From the IMG/VR virus record IMGVR_UViG_3300033074_002116: DNA of 64,000 bases, one strand, 5' to 3'. The notes under the pieces are model-generated. The model searched no databases and was not told where the DNA came from. It saw nothing but the letters and a program-made list of their open reading frames with translations. The number at the start of each line of letters is the position of its first letter. Position 1 is the first letter of the stretch. The stretch comes from an uncultured virus (IMG/VR IMGVR_UViG_3300033074_002116) (taxonomy: Duplodnaviria > Heunggongvirae > Uroviricota > Caudoviricetes). Both the position numbers and the translations under genes were made by a program. Below, in pieces: positions 28,629 through 39,100 of this stretch.

Positions 28629-28987
28629 TAACAGAACCCGCCATAACTTTTCTCGGTGAACTCGCAGGCTTCTGCTACGTATGCGAAGAATTCTCCCGAT
28701 ACGAGAATTGCTGCGCTTGCTTTGGGATCCCCGCCCTGCCCCTTTAGTTCCTCTTTTTTCTTAAGGTATTCTTCGTAAAATTTATTCCTTTTTTCTGTAT
28801 CCGTGCAGGTTGAAAGAAGCGATGCTATTGCAGTATCTACGTTTACGTCCTCGGGTTTCATCATCGCATCGAGGAAAGTATCCCAACGATGGAAAAGAAA
28901 AAACATAAACATCTTGTTGGGACTTGCACTCATCAGGTCCGCTGTTGGAGTGATGCTTTTATTTGGTGAAAAAGAAGAGGCTGCCAT
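28628..28987 (-). CDS. Helical hypothetical protein, first gene of the ATPase operon
   Basis: TAATG coupling to the ATPase; upstream TATA-like TTAAATA near 29014-29020. Confidence 0.7.
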   Translation of the reverse strand: MAASSFSPNKSITPTADLMSASPNKMFMFFLFHRWDTFLDAMMKPEDVNVDTAIASLLSTCTDTEKRNKFYEEYLKKKEELKGQGGDPKASAAILVSGEFFAYVAEACEFTEKSYGGFC

Positions 28988-29348
28988 ATACTATATAATA
29001 AAATCACACACGGTATTTAACAGTTGTGTGTGTTTTTGCAAAAATTATTTGATCAAAGGAATTTATCCCTTGCTGTCCTTACGGGCATTACTCCACAGGA
29101 TCTTTTTTTATCCGATGATTTGTGGACGTTGGATCCTTCAAGGACTTCTATGTACCCGCTCTCTATGGGCTCGTTATACCTCCGGTCCGATCTCTCGTGG
29201 TAATTATGGGAATTCCTCGCGTTTGAGGAACTATTTATCCCATGTAGTTTATCGATAAGGATATCATCATATCGGTCAAGGTCCAGAAGATCGAAGACTT
29301 CGTTGAACCCGACACATCGGAAATAGAATGGTTGTTTTTTCATAATTG

Positions 29349-32300
29349 TCAGAAGAATATGTTTGTCTTGGTTCTTTTTAGTTTCGGCGCTTTTCTCTGC
29401 ACGGGGGGCTTATAGGTCCGCGGTGTTTTTGACTCCTCGTGGGGCCCATATGATTCTACCGGGTAGTATTTTCTTTCCCCTGCTGGTGAAGTGAATGGAT
29501 TACTGCCCCTCGCTATGCCAAATGCAGAGATATCAAGACCGACAGGGAAATATTCAAGATACTTCCTGAGGGGTTTTCTACGGGGGAAATCTGATGGCTG
29601 AGATAGCGGGGATGATGGGAACCATAATGGCGTAGTAATTGTGGGTATTGGAGTTACCGGGTAAATTGGTGTAGGTGTATATGGCGGGGTAATTTGCGTT
29701 GTGGGGGACATTATGGTATATGGTGGCGATATGCCCGGTGTGTATGTAGGTGTAATTGGATTATATATAATATCAGAATAAATAGTTGATTCGGAAGGTG
29801 AGATTACTGATGATGCCAAACTCTGTTCGGAAGTTGATACTGTGGATTCCGTGGCAGGTAGCGTATAGGGTATACTATAAGACGGTGTGGATTGGTCCGA
29901 GGTTTCACCAGAGAGAACTGATGATCCGCCGATGGAAACATACGAATATGCCTTTGATTCTTTGGCGAATGTTTTATCCGTTCCACCATAACCCAACACC
30001 CTATTCATTGTATAGACGTCAGATGCAGGGGTAATGGTTGATAATGCCACAGTTTCCCCACTACCTATAATGGTATATACATTTATCTCTGGCTCACCAT
30101 AATATGATTCTCCGGCGGTTCTTGTTTGCAATGAGGGGGTTGCTTCTATTGGTTCAAACCCGATTAATTGTTGTTCTATAATCGGAACCCTAGTACCTAG
30201 GAAATGTGATTCTCCAAATCCCCCCAATTTTGTATAATATTGTCTGCCGGTAACTTCGAATATCCCCCCCGTGGGAATGTTTGCTTCATATTCTCCTTTT
30301 ATTAAAGGAACGAATCCCTGGCCCCCGGGGACATTGGTTAAACGTTCCTGCATATATTCATTTATTAAAGTGTAATCGGTGATTTTGCCTTCTGCATTCC
30401 GGGATAATTGGGATTTAATATACTCCGGTATTGTCTCCAATGCAGAGACTTCTGTGGAATAGATCGTGGGTAATTTTATAGGGGAACTTATACCGATGGA
30501 TTTTGGGATCATCCCCCCAACTTTTGCAAAATAACTCTCTGCAATCGGGGCCATCGAAATTGCATCAAGTTCTGAAGATCCTGTACCCGTCATTTGGTAT
30601 GCTTCACCCACTTTAATCCCACTTGCCAGTGATGGAGATTCGTGTGCCGTAAATCCTATCGTAACGGGTGAAGTTTGACTTGGGAGTCGTGCAATCGGGA
30701 TACCTCCCCCCCCGTGGAGATAGGGCACTTCGCCCCCGCCATACATTTCTTTTGGTGCCGGAATTAATTTACCTTCTTCGAATGATTGTATTAAATTCTC
30801 TGCTGTTGCAGATGCCGGCTTTATGGGGTACATTTCATTAACATCATATCCTATAGATTCTATTGGGACATAGGTTTGCCCGGTTGTACGGACAATGTTA
30901 ACCCCTTTGGTGACTGCCCCTGATGCGACGGTGCCCAAAGCAAACATTCCCGCAACAGACCCAATAAGATATGCGGGATTCGTAACGGCAAGATCGTATG
31001 CCCCTTTTATCTGCATTGCTAATCCTGATGTAGCTAATGCCGGTAATTCACCTGCATTCCTTAGTATGGTTTCCCCTCCGATTAATGCAGATTCGCCAAT
31101 AGTTGTTATTTGCGTTGGCACATTTGCTATGCCCGATATAAATCCCCCTACAACACCCCACCCAGAAACCGCCGATGAAACGGGGGTTTCAATTATTGCC
31201 GTGTATTCTTTTCCCAGATCACTAATTGCAGTTCCTATTCCGTAGGTTGCAAGGGCGCTTTGATCTACATTTCCTATTAATTCGCTTGCTGCCGCATTAT
31301 ATTTTGTTTCGGCGGATTTTACTGGGGCTATTGCTGTATCAATACTTGCTTTCTGTGCCGTAAGCGTAGATAATTGTCTTGAAAGGTCCGCTTGTTCAAG
31401 AGTTAATTTGTTATAACCTTCGATTGTTGGTTGGGTATTATATGTTGCAAGTTCAGCGTTATACGCATTTAATCGGGTATTGTATTCATTCAGGTCAGTA
31501 GTATATTTTAAAATATTTCCCGATTGCGCGGAATATGTTGATGCGGCCAGACTTTCATAATCGCTTTTTAATTCAAATACTCCGCCACCTTTGTATATGC
31601 TACTTAACACCGGTGTGCTTGTGATAAAAGATTGTACTTCTGCGGTTTTTCCACTAGCACCGTATTCTGCACCGAGGGAATATATATTGCTTAATACAGG
31701 AAGGTTTTGTATTGTGGAGGATATCCCTTCAAATAACGTTGTCGGGGTTGTGGCTTTCTGTTCGGTTGTTCCTAAGATATTATCCGCCGTTCCAAGTAAC
31801 GTGTATGTTAATCCGCCGCTTTCCTGCGTTGCTCCGGATTTTTGTATTGTTGTGGGGCCAATCGCGGCAACCTGTGTTGATGGTGTGAATGTTTCTTCCA
31901 CTCCCGCGGGCAACTGAACGGCTGTAACATTCCCGCCTTTTCCTATCGCCATAACTGCTGATGTGTTCGGTGAGATCGTCCATGGCAGGCTAAATAAATT
32001 CATATCTGCTTTTGAAAGATTTGGTCCGGTGGGGGAGACGTAATTTGCCAGATTGAACTGATTGGCATAAGTGCTTAACTGTGCCCCGGTTGATTCGACC
32101 GTTGCACCAGTTAACTTAGTTACGTATCCCCCATAGACTTCTGCACCGAGACGGCTGTATGCCGATTCGTTTGCAAGGATATCTGATGCTTCTGTTGCAT
32201 TCGCCGATGGTGCAAGGACTTTTCCGGCGCTTTCCTGAGTGTATACCAGGGAGGTTTCCGGACGGCCAAGGGTAAACATCCCCGACTGAAGCGAGCCAAT

Positions 32301-33023
32301 GCCCCCTCCCCCTATGAGTTTATAATAATAACCTCCTTCCGATAACCGGTATATACCAATTTCCCCGGATATTGGATTGATGATGTCTTTTGTATTCAGA
32401 AGCTCGGTTTGGGCATAACTCCCATATGGAACGTATGTTGTAACGGTGCTGCCCGGCGATACACCCGCGGGTATTGTCAGGGCATTGCCCTGCGCCAGAT
32501 CAGCTTTTTCTGAAATTAAAACCGTTGACATTCCGGATACAGCTTTAAGTGAGCCGATATATCCTTCCTGAAATGCGATCCTTGCTGTGTCTGCTGTTAC
32601 CGTTCCGCCCTGTCTTGCAGTATATGCGGCAATTCCTGCCGCGGAGCTCATATCATATACTGGTGTTGGTTCCGATGTTGACTGACGAGAAATCCCGCTT
32701 GAAGAGTACATCCCGAAAGTTAACGCATTTCCGTGCTGCTGCTGATATTGTGCGCTCAGGTCTTGAAAGTTTTGGGAGGGGTTATTAAGGTAGTAGGTGC
32801 GACTCATTTCATAGTTTGCCGATCCGGGGGATGCGTTCTGGCTTGGCTGCACCTGCCCCAACGGATCGACACCATACATTGACATATAATTCTGGCGGGT
32901 CGTATCGTAATCGATGACTTTTCCGCCGCTGCCCGGCTGGACAAATACGGCAACGCCTGCCGGGATGTTCCACGGTGTGCCCACCGATCCGGTAAAAGTG
33001 TCCCCCTGAACAGTGATTGCCAT
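29349..33023 (-). CDS. 1224-aa Thr/Ser/Gly-rich protein with a coiled coil and central hydrophobic helices, putative virion protein
   Basis: YTTDLNEYNTRLNAYNAELATYN coiled coil; WGVVGGFISGIA and YLIGSVAGMFALG segments; Pro/Thr-rich then basic C-terminus. Confidence 0.7.
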   Translation of the reverse strand: MAITVQGDTFTGSVGTPWNIPAGVAVFVQPGSGGKVIDYDTTRQNYMSMYGVDPLGQVQPSQNASPGSANYEMSRTYYLNNPSQNFQDLSAQYQQQHGNALTFGMYSSSGISRQSTSEPTPVYDMSSAAGIAAYTARQGGTVTADTARIAFQEGYIGSLKAVSGMSTVLISEKADLAQGNALTIPAGVSPGSTVTTYVPYGSYAQTELLNTKDIINPISGEIGIYRLSEGGYYYKLIGGGGIGSLQSGMFTLGRPETSLVYTQESAGKVLAPSANATEASDILANESAYSRLGAEVYGGYVTKLTGATVESTGAQLSTYANQFNLANYVSPTGPNLSKADMNLFSLPWTISPNTSAVMAIGKGGNVTAVQLPAGVEETFTPSTQVAAIGPTTIQKSGATQESGGLTYTLLGTADNILGTTEQKATTPTTLFEGISSTIQNLPVLSNIYSLGAEYGASGKTAEVQSFITSTPVLSSIYKGGGVFELKSDYESLAASTYSAQSGNILKYTTDLNEYNTRLNAYNAELATYNTQPTIEGYNKLTLEQADLSRQLSTLTAQKASIDTAIAPVKSAETKYNAAASELIGNVDQSALATYGIGTAISDLGKEYTAIIETPVSSAVSGWGVVGGFISGIANVPTQITTIGESALIGGETILRNAGELPALATSGLAMQIKGAYDLAVTNPAYLIGSVAGMFALGTVASGAVTKGVNIVRTTGQTYVPIESIGYDVNEMYPIKPASATAENLIQSFEEGKLIPAPKEMYGGGEVPYLHGGGGIPIARLPSQTSPVTIGFTAHESPSLASGIKVGEAYQMTGTGSSELDAISMAPIAESYFAKVGGMIPKSIGISSPIKLPTIYSTEVSALETIPEYIKSQLSRNAEGKITDYTLINEYMQERLTNVPGGQGFVPLIKGEYEANIPTGGIFEVTGRQYYTKLGGFGESHFLGTRVPIIEQQLIGFEPIEATPSLQTRTAGESYYGEPEINVYTIIGSGETVALSTITPASDVYTMNRVLGYGGTDKTFAKESKAYSYVSIGGSSVLSGETSDQSTPSYSIPYTLPATESTVSTSEQSLASSVISPSESTIYSDIIYNPITPTYTPGISPPYTIMSPTTQITPPYTPTPIYPVTPIPTITTPLWFPSSPLSQPSDFPRRKPLRKYLEYFPVGLDISAFGIARGSNPFTSPAGERKYYPVESYGPHEESKTPRTYKPPVQRKAPKLKRTKTNIFF

Positions 33024-33135
33024 TTAAAAAAGAGTTGCGGTGTAAGAAGAAAAAGGTTTGGGGCGAGATGGCTTTGCACGTAAAGTGGGTATTTGACCTG
33101 ACATTGCGTGCAGACGCCGGGTAAGATCGGATTTT

Positions 33136-33929
33136 TTATGAGGTTTGTTTTTTTACAACAGTTAAAAATTTGAATGACGGAAAAAGGGATTTCCCCATAA
33201 TCTCCCACCACCCATATGCCCCAATACCACCAAACCCTAGAACAAAGATCAACGTTATTACTAATAGCGGTACAGCGATATTGCTGAAATTTAATCCGCA
33301 TATAATTAATAATGTAAATGGAATGCCAAACGCAGATCCTATAATCACAAATATAGCGAATGAGATTATTAAAAAAGAGGGGATTGTATTAAGTTCGGGG
33401 TTCATTTTTAAGTGTCCCCTTATTTCTTTCTGTATTCCCGATTTTCCCAACGATTGCTATAATACTGTCCGTTGTGATAATATCGAACATAATTATCTGG
33501 ATATGCCGGCCTTCCAATTACATATACGCCGTTAATCTCCTCCTCCCCCCATATGGTTCCATAGACTGTCGCCGTATATGTATAGCGCGGGGCGATCGTT
33601 TGCCATTCAGCATATGTCGATGTGTCCAGAACGCGCCCATCGGTTGTCTGGATCTGGTATCTCCCGTTGGTCAGTGTCGTTGAGAGAACAGTAAATTGCG
33701 TTACGTGTGGCGTGAATGCTGTTGAAACTACCGGTGTTGGAGTCGGGGTTGGGACGGGGGTTGGTGTCGCAGTCGGTACGTTTGCGATGCCTTCCTGCAC
33801 GCCGCTTGAATGGCCGTTTGACCATGCGACTGCTACTGCGCCAATTACTGCAAGGATAAATATCCCGATCAGGATTGCGAGCCCGATGTATTTTTCTGTT
33901 GGAGTGATTCCATTAATCTGGATCTGCAT
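33136..33929 (-). other. Two membrane proteins (33136-33405, 2-TM; 33420-33929, TM plus PT linker)
   Basis: Hydrophobic helices; PTATPTPVPTPTPTP linker. Confidence 0.65.
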
Positions 33930-34056
33930 GGTTGCCCCCATGTGGTTTAAATTCTTTCACAACCCTTCCGACAACCTCATCATAGGTTTCCCGGGGGTGA
34001 ATCTTGATAGAGTCGAGTTCCGATTTTGTTTCCACGCTCACGCTAATGTTGGGCAT
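33913..34056 (-). CDS. Archaeal RHH/antitoxin-like DNA-binding protein (47 aa, not in ORF track)
   Basis: MPNISVSVETKSELDSIKIHPRETYDEVVGRVV. Confidence 0.7.
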   Translation of the reverse strand: MPNISVSVETKSELDSIKIHPRETYDEVVGRVVKEFKPHGGNHADPD

Positions 34057-34103
34057 AACAACTTATTGTATTGTATTGGTAATAAATGTATTGAGAGAGG
34101 AAT

Positions 34104-34775
34104 TCACTTGTGAATGAACGACAGCAATATCCCAGCAATCCCGGCTGAGAACAGTACCGCCCCCAAGCTCTGCATGTACGTCGGCATGCCCATGTATAAC
34201 CCGCTTGTGTTGGATATCAGCAATGGTCCGACTATGATAAAAATAATCCCGATAAGCCGGATAGACTTGGTGTTCCTCCATATACCGATTGTTATGAACC
34301 CTATAATCATTGCAAAGACAAGAGTAACCGGAATGTTTGCCGTATATGCGGTTATCAATGCGGCGGGCATTAGCGCGAGGTTCCAGTGCGACGTTATAAT
34401 TGCGTTCAGCGGCGCGTCATAGTTGTTGGTCGGGACCGGAGTTATTGCTGCCATTGTCCACGATACCTGATTTCCGCATCCGGTGCTGTCGCAGGGCACA
34501 CCATAATAGGTCTGGCCCCCCAGGAGGGGTGCACCCCAGACTGTGACCTGCCCGTAGCTTGCAGACCAGTTATCTGAATACCAGACGTACGTTCCCGACA
34601 CTTCGGAATACTTTACGAACACCGGTCCGGACGCACCAGAAATCGGAATCGTTACGTTATTGCTCGTTATTGAGGTTGGCGTTCCAGCGGTCGGGACTGC
34701 ATAAGACCCCGGCATCCCCAACCCTATGACGATCATGACAAAGAGGATAAAATGGGCCACCCTATACATATTCAT
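34104..34775 (-). CDS. Membrane protein with an extracellular beta domain and 3 C-terminal TM
   Basis: Signal peptide, beta-rich domain, hydrophobic C-terminus. Confidence 0.7.
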   Translation of the reverse strand: MNMYRVAHFILFVMIVIGLGMPGSYAVPTAGTPTSITSNNVTIPISGASGPVFVKYSEVSGTYVWYSDNWSASYGQVTVWGAPLLGGQTYYGVPCDSTGCGNQVSWTMAAITPVPTNNYDAPLNAIITSHWNLALMPAALITAYTANIPVTLVFAMIIGFITIGIWRNTKSIRLIGIIFIIVGPLLISNTSGLYMGMPTYMQSLGAVLFSAGIAGILLSFIHK

Positions 34776-35037
34776 CGTATACGGTCCTCCTCCCCACCAC
34801 TGCAATAAAAGCAATAACCAGAATGATTTCAAAGATAAGAAGCAGGCTGAACACAAACCCGAATATCCATGTGAACGGCCCGATGGGGATAACCTGGTTT
34901 GCCCCGGTGACTACGTTTTCCATGGCGTGTACAAATGGTCCGAGGAAAGCGTTACAAACGAAATATAATATGATAATGATCACGGTGTTTATAACCAGTG
35001 CCAATCCCGCGAGGAATACTTCAACTGTACTCGCCAT
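34762..35037 (-). CDS. Two-helix hydrophobic hairpin protein (MCP-like architecture)
   Basis: Two TM helices and a charged tail GRRTVYDEYV. Confidence 0.6.
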   Translation of the reverse strand: MASTVEVFLAGLALVINTVIIIILYFVCNAFLGPFVHAMENVVTGANQVIPIGPFTWIFGFVFSLLLIFEIILVIAFIAVVGRRTVYDEYV

Positions 35038-35039
35038 GA

Positions 35040-35297
35040 TCAGACCACCTGGTTTGTAGCCTGGTGTTCGTTAATGACGTAGTTGACCCATACCCCAATA
35101 AAGATCAATACCATAATCCCCGTCCATGCGGTCTGCATAATATTCATTCCATTAACTGCGTCCTGAAAACTTGGCAGCACTGTTATCGATACATTAAATG
35201 CGCGGGTGATTACTTCCACCACTTTGCCCAAAATTACCCATATAACCGCAAACGCCACGGTGTTCCACATTGCCCCGAATAAGGATCCAAAACTCAT
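35040..35297 (-). CDS. Two-helix hydrophobic hairpin protein (MCP-like architecture)
   Basis: Starts MSFGSLFGAMW via an ATGA overlap; NVS sequon in the loop. Confidence 0.6.
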   Translation of the reverse strand: MSFGSLFGAMWNTVAFAVIWVILGKVVEVITRAFNVSITVLPSFQDAVNGMNIMQTAWTGIMVLIFIGVWVNYVINEHQATNQVV

Positions 35298-36106
35298 ATC
35301 GCACCTTCCGAGGGAAACATTTTCAGGTAAGCGTTTGTCAGGAACAACACATCCACTGCCCAGAACGTTACCGATATTGCACCCCATACTGCAATGTACG
35401 CCGGCGTATCCGTTACCCCCGGCCATATACCCTGAATTACATTGGTGATCACGGCGGCAGAATTTATCACGCTGATAAATGCATTCCCAAGGAAATTGAG
35501 CATTCCAATGAATGCGGTGGTGAGCCCATAAAGAACGCTCGCGACATCCCCGAGAGCCCCGGCGTTCTGTACTGTTGACGATGATGTCTGGAACTGGATA
35601 TTGGAGTACTGTGTGCATGTCGCAGATGGCGGGCAATAACTCTGGTTATAGATCGGCGCGCTGGTAACGTCCGTGCTGAATATCCCTAGAGCAGGGGTTA
35701 GTCCCAAACAGACCTGGAACAAGATAATAAACATCATTATATTAATGTACTTCGATCCCGGTCCTGCAATGCCGTTGATTTGTTTGTTCTGCTCGTTTGC
35801 ATAAATTATTACCCCGAACAGACCGGCTATGATCAGGCAGGCAAGGGCATTTAACTGGTTGGAGAATGACAGCCACCCGAACATGTATTCCATTCCGGCG
35901 AATATTGGGATGAATACGCAATATGCGGCCTCTCCCCTTGATCCTGTTGTGGCCGCCACCAGCAAAAGCAGGATTACTGCTACATAATTATAATACATCT
36001 GCGCTGTGGTGATGTCCATGAAATTCTCAAATCCCAAAGGTACGAGGATTCCTGTTGGCCCGCTCAATATTGCCGATCCGACAATGGCCAGAGACGACGT
36101 AATCAA
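35294..36106 (-). CDS. Multi-pass membrane protein, possible adhesin anchor
   Basis: At least five hydrophobic helices; GTGA-coupled to the adhesin gene. Confidence 0.7.
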   Translation of the reverse strand: MITSSLAIVGSAILSGPTGILVPLGFENFMDITTAQMYYNYVAVILLLLVAATTGSRGEAAYCVFIPIFAGMEYMFGWLSFSNQLNALACLIIAGLFGVIIYANEQNKQINGIAGPGSKYINIMMFIILFQVCLGLTPALGIFSTDVTSAPIYNQSYCPPSATCTQYSNIQFQTSSSTVQNAGALGDVASVLYGLTTAFIGMLNFLGNAFISVINSAAVITNVIQGIWPGVTDTPAYIAVWGAISVTFWAVDVLFLTNAYLKMFPSEGAI

Positions 36107-39100
36107 CCACTCCGCACCGGGTACATCCCGTAATTAATTGTCATTCCCCTTACATTAGGTATGGTGTAATTAAACTCTATTAAAGATGTTCCCGGATTAC
36201 CGTAATCGTGAGACCAGAATACCGTGCCGTTGTCTTTGCAGGTCAGGTTCATGAAGAGATCTGTTGTCAGACCGAGAGGATCCTGATACTGATAATTTGC
36301 CGTTACATAAGATTTGTTTGGTTCGGAGAGCCAGACATATGATTTTGCCAGTTGGGTTGCCGTGGTGTTGTACCCCAACGACTGGGAGCTTGTTGGGCAA
36401 TATAGAATGTAATCATTATCTTCCGGAGCTAATGATTTCTGGCAACTTACCCCTGCCGTGCTGTTTACCATTGAGAGGGAATATGTTAACGAGGGAAACA
36501 TTGTAAATACCTGCGCGCCATCCGTTGCTGTGATTCCTTGCATAGCCATGCCGCTATTCATCATGGTTTCAGCCACGCTTGCCGATACCCCGAATGCCTG
36601 TTCAAGGAATGTGGCGTTGTTCCCCGGTAATGTTGAATTTACATACGATGCTGTAATAGTAATGCCTTTAAGGGGATTTGCCCATAGATCGAGAACCCTT
36701 AAACGGACCTGGTGCTGGGTGTAGATAATGTTGGTGTTTTGTGATTGCGTTGTCGCCGCCGTCATCTGCACCGTTTCCACCCGATCCGCAGTCATAATAT
36801 AGGAGACGGTTTTGCTTTGGTACCCATCTGAATACAAGTACAATACCACAGTCGAGTACCCGAATGTACCGGTATAGGTTCCGGTCGGGGTATTAACTGA
36901 GGTGCCATCCGCTGCATTAACCACCCTCACAATTGGGATCGGAAGATTCGTTGAAGAATCAACGAAGTTCAGTGTTAACGTATACAGCGGATCCATTACA
37001 AGATCCTGTTGTGTGTATCCAGAGAATCCGGATTTAACCCAGATATAATTTATCTTCGATGTAGTGTTGGATCCAATCCCGTTTGTAACGGTGAGATTAA
37101 CGGTATAATTCCCGGCAGAGGAATACGCGTGAACCGGGTTTTGCAATGTGGATCCGAATGTATCGCCAAAATCCCAGGACCATGAAGTTGGAATACCGGT
37201 TGATGTATCATTGAACTGCACCGATGATCCAACGGATACCGTAGTTGGTGTGCCGGTAAAATTCGCTACCGGGGAAGCAGGAACAGCGGTGGTGACATTG
37301 ATATAATTGGTTCTTGTCAGCGTATTGGTAACGCTGGCATTTTCTGACATATACGCGGTTTCAGATACTGTGTATAATCCAATAGATGAATAAGTATAAG
37401 TCGGGTTTTTTACACTCGACGTATTTCCGTCTCCAAACGACCACGAATATGCGCTCGGATACCCGAAAGAATTGTCCGTGAATGTAACCGGGAATCCCCC
37501 TGCTACCAACGTCGGAGATCCGGTGAAGTTCGCAGTTATTGGTCCCCACGTTCCGATAATCGCGCTATAATTAACGCTAGAGCCGAACGTGTAATATGTC
37601 CCGTCTGTTTCATACTGGCTTGATCCAAACGAGAAATTATCCAGCGATCCGGGCGAGATGTATTTGGTGTAGGTTATGTCGAAATCCAGAATAGCTGTGC
37701 TCGACGTTGGAATCGGTATTCCACCGGATTTGTTCACTACAAAGTTTGCGAATCCCCCCGTGGAATTAATTGATGATGAAATCAAGGATAGGCCAGCGGT
37801 CTGCGAAGTATTTACACGGAGATTGCTTACTCCGACATGCGCGGTATTCCACGTTAAATTTCCACGGACGCTGGTCGTGTTCGTGATATTCTGTATTACA
37901 ACCGTTTCGGTATATGGCGTCTGATTGTTGATCTGCGTACTGGATGTAAGCGATTTATATTTTATAACTGAACCCGGAGACGATCCCCATTTCCCTGCAA
38001 CGGCGTAACCGGACGAAAGCGTGTTAAACGGCCAATAGGTGAGATTGGTTGAGTCGTAATATTTACTTGCGTTCGTAAACGATGCCAGAACGCTATACCC
38101 GGGAGCTGCATAAGATACGTAGGATACATTGAGATCTAAGATTGCGGCCCCGTTTGGATAGGGAATAGCAATCCCGGCTGCCCGACTTACACTGAAGTTG
38201 ATCCAGTTTGCATTAATGTCATATGAATCTAATACTAATCCTGATGGAATTGATGATGTGTTTATCCTGAGATTGTTTACTGCAAATACGGTTTGGTTAA
38301 ATGAGATATTGCCAATTACATTTGTGGTGTTTGTTATATTTCTCACTACTACTGTGGCGGTATAAGGCGTTCCATTGTTAATTGAAAGGGATTCGCCGGC
38401 TTTGAATTTTATCCATGAATATGGGTTTGGATCTGCTCCGGATGTAACATTGATCCACTGCGATGCAGACGTGTTGCTTCCCGCTGCGTTCGTGGCCGTG
38501 AGATTCACCGACCAGTTTCCCACTCCAAATGTGTGCGTGGCGTTCTGCACTGTACTGGTGTTTCCGTCACCGAAATCCCAGTGCCACAGGGTTGGATCTA
38601 ATGATGTTGTGTCGTTAAACTGCACTGATAGGGGAGCGGTGCCCGAGGTGGCGTTAGCCGTAAACGCGGCCGTTCCTGTAGCGAGGTGCGCCCATACATA
38701 TTCTCCGATCAGTCGCTGCCCTTCCGTGTTTGGATGGACAACATCACGCATCAGGCTCTCGTTGATTTCGTCGGGGATTCCGTTGCCCGGGATACTATCC
38801 ACGGCATCAAATGCCTTGATGTACGACCGATTGCGGGCATCAAGACACGCTTCAATTGCATATATTTTGGCCCATTGCTCGGAATACGTGGAGTTCCAGA
38901 ATCTTGTCGTGTTGAACACTGTATTGATGAGGATGTAGGGGATACTTCCGGCCGCCGATTGGGAGTCTGCAATTCCTATGAGGTTTTCACACGTTCCCTC
39001 ACCGGTCGTATAATTCCAGTCGTTCGCTCCGAATAACGTGAAACTTTTCCGTGGGACCCCGTATAATGGATGTGTTGCCACATTTGCAAGGCCCCAGATT

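Noticed and set aside
27504..33023. Tailed-virus terminase and tape-measure protein
   Set aside because: The ATPase lacks a nuclease domain, and no portal, HK97 capsid or tail-tube genes flank the 1224-aa protein
35297..35636. N-terminal extension of the 35040-35636 ORF
   Set aside because: Overlaps the 270-aa membrane gene out of frame; the ATGA-coupled ATG at 35297 is the plausible start
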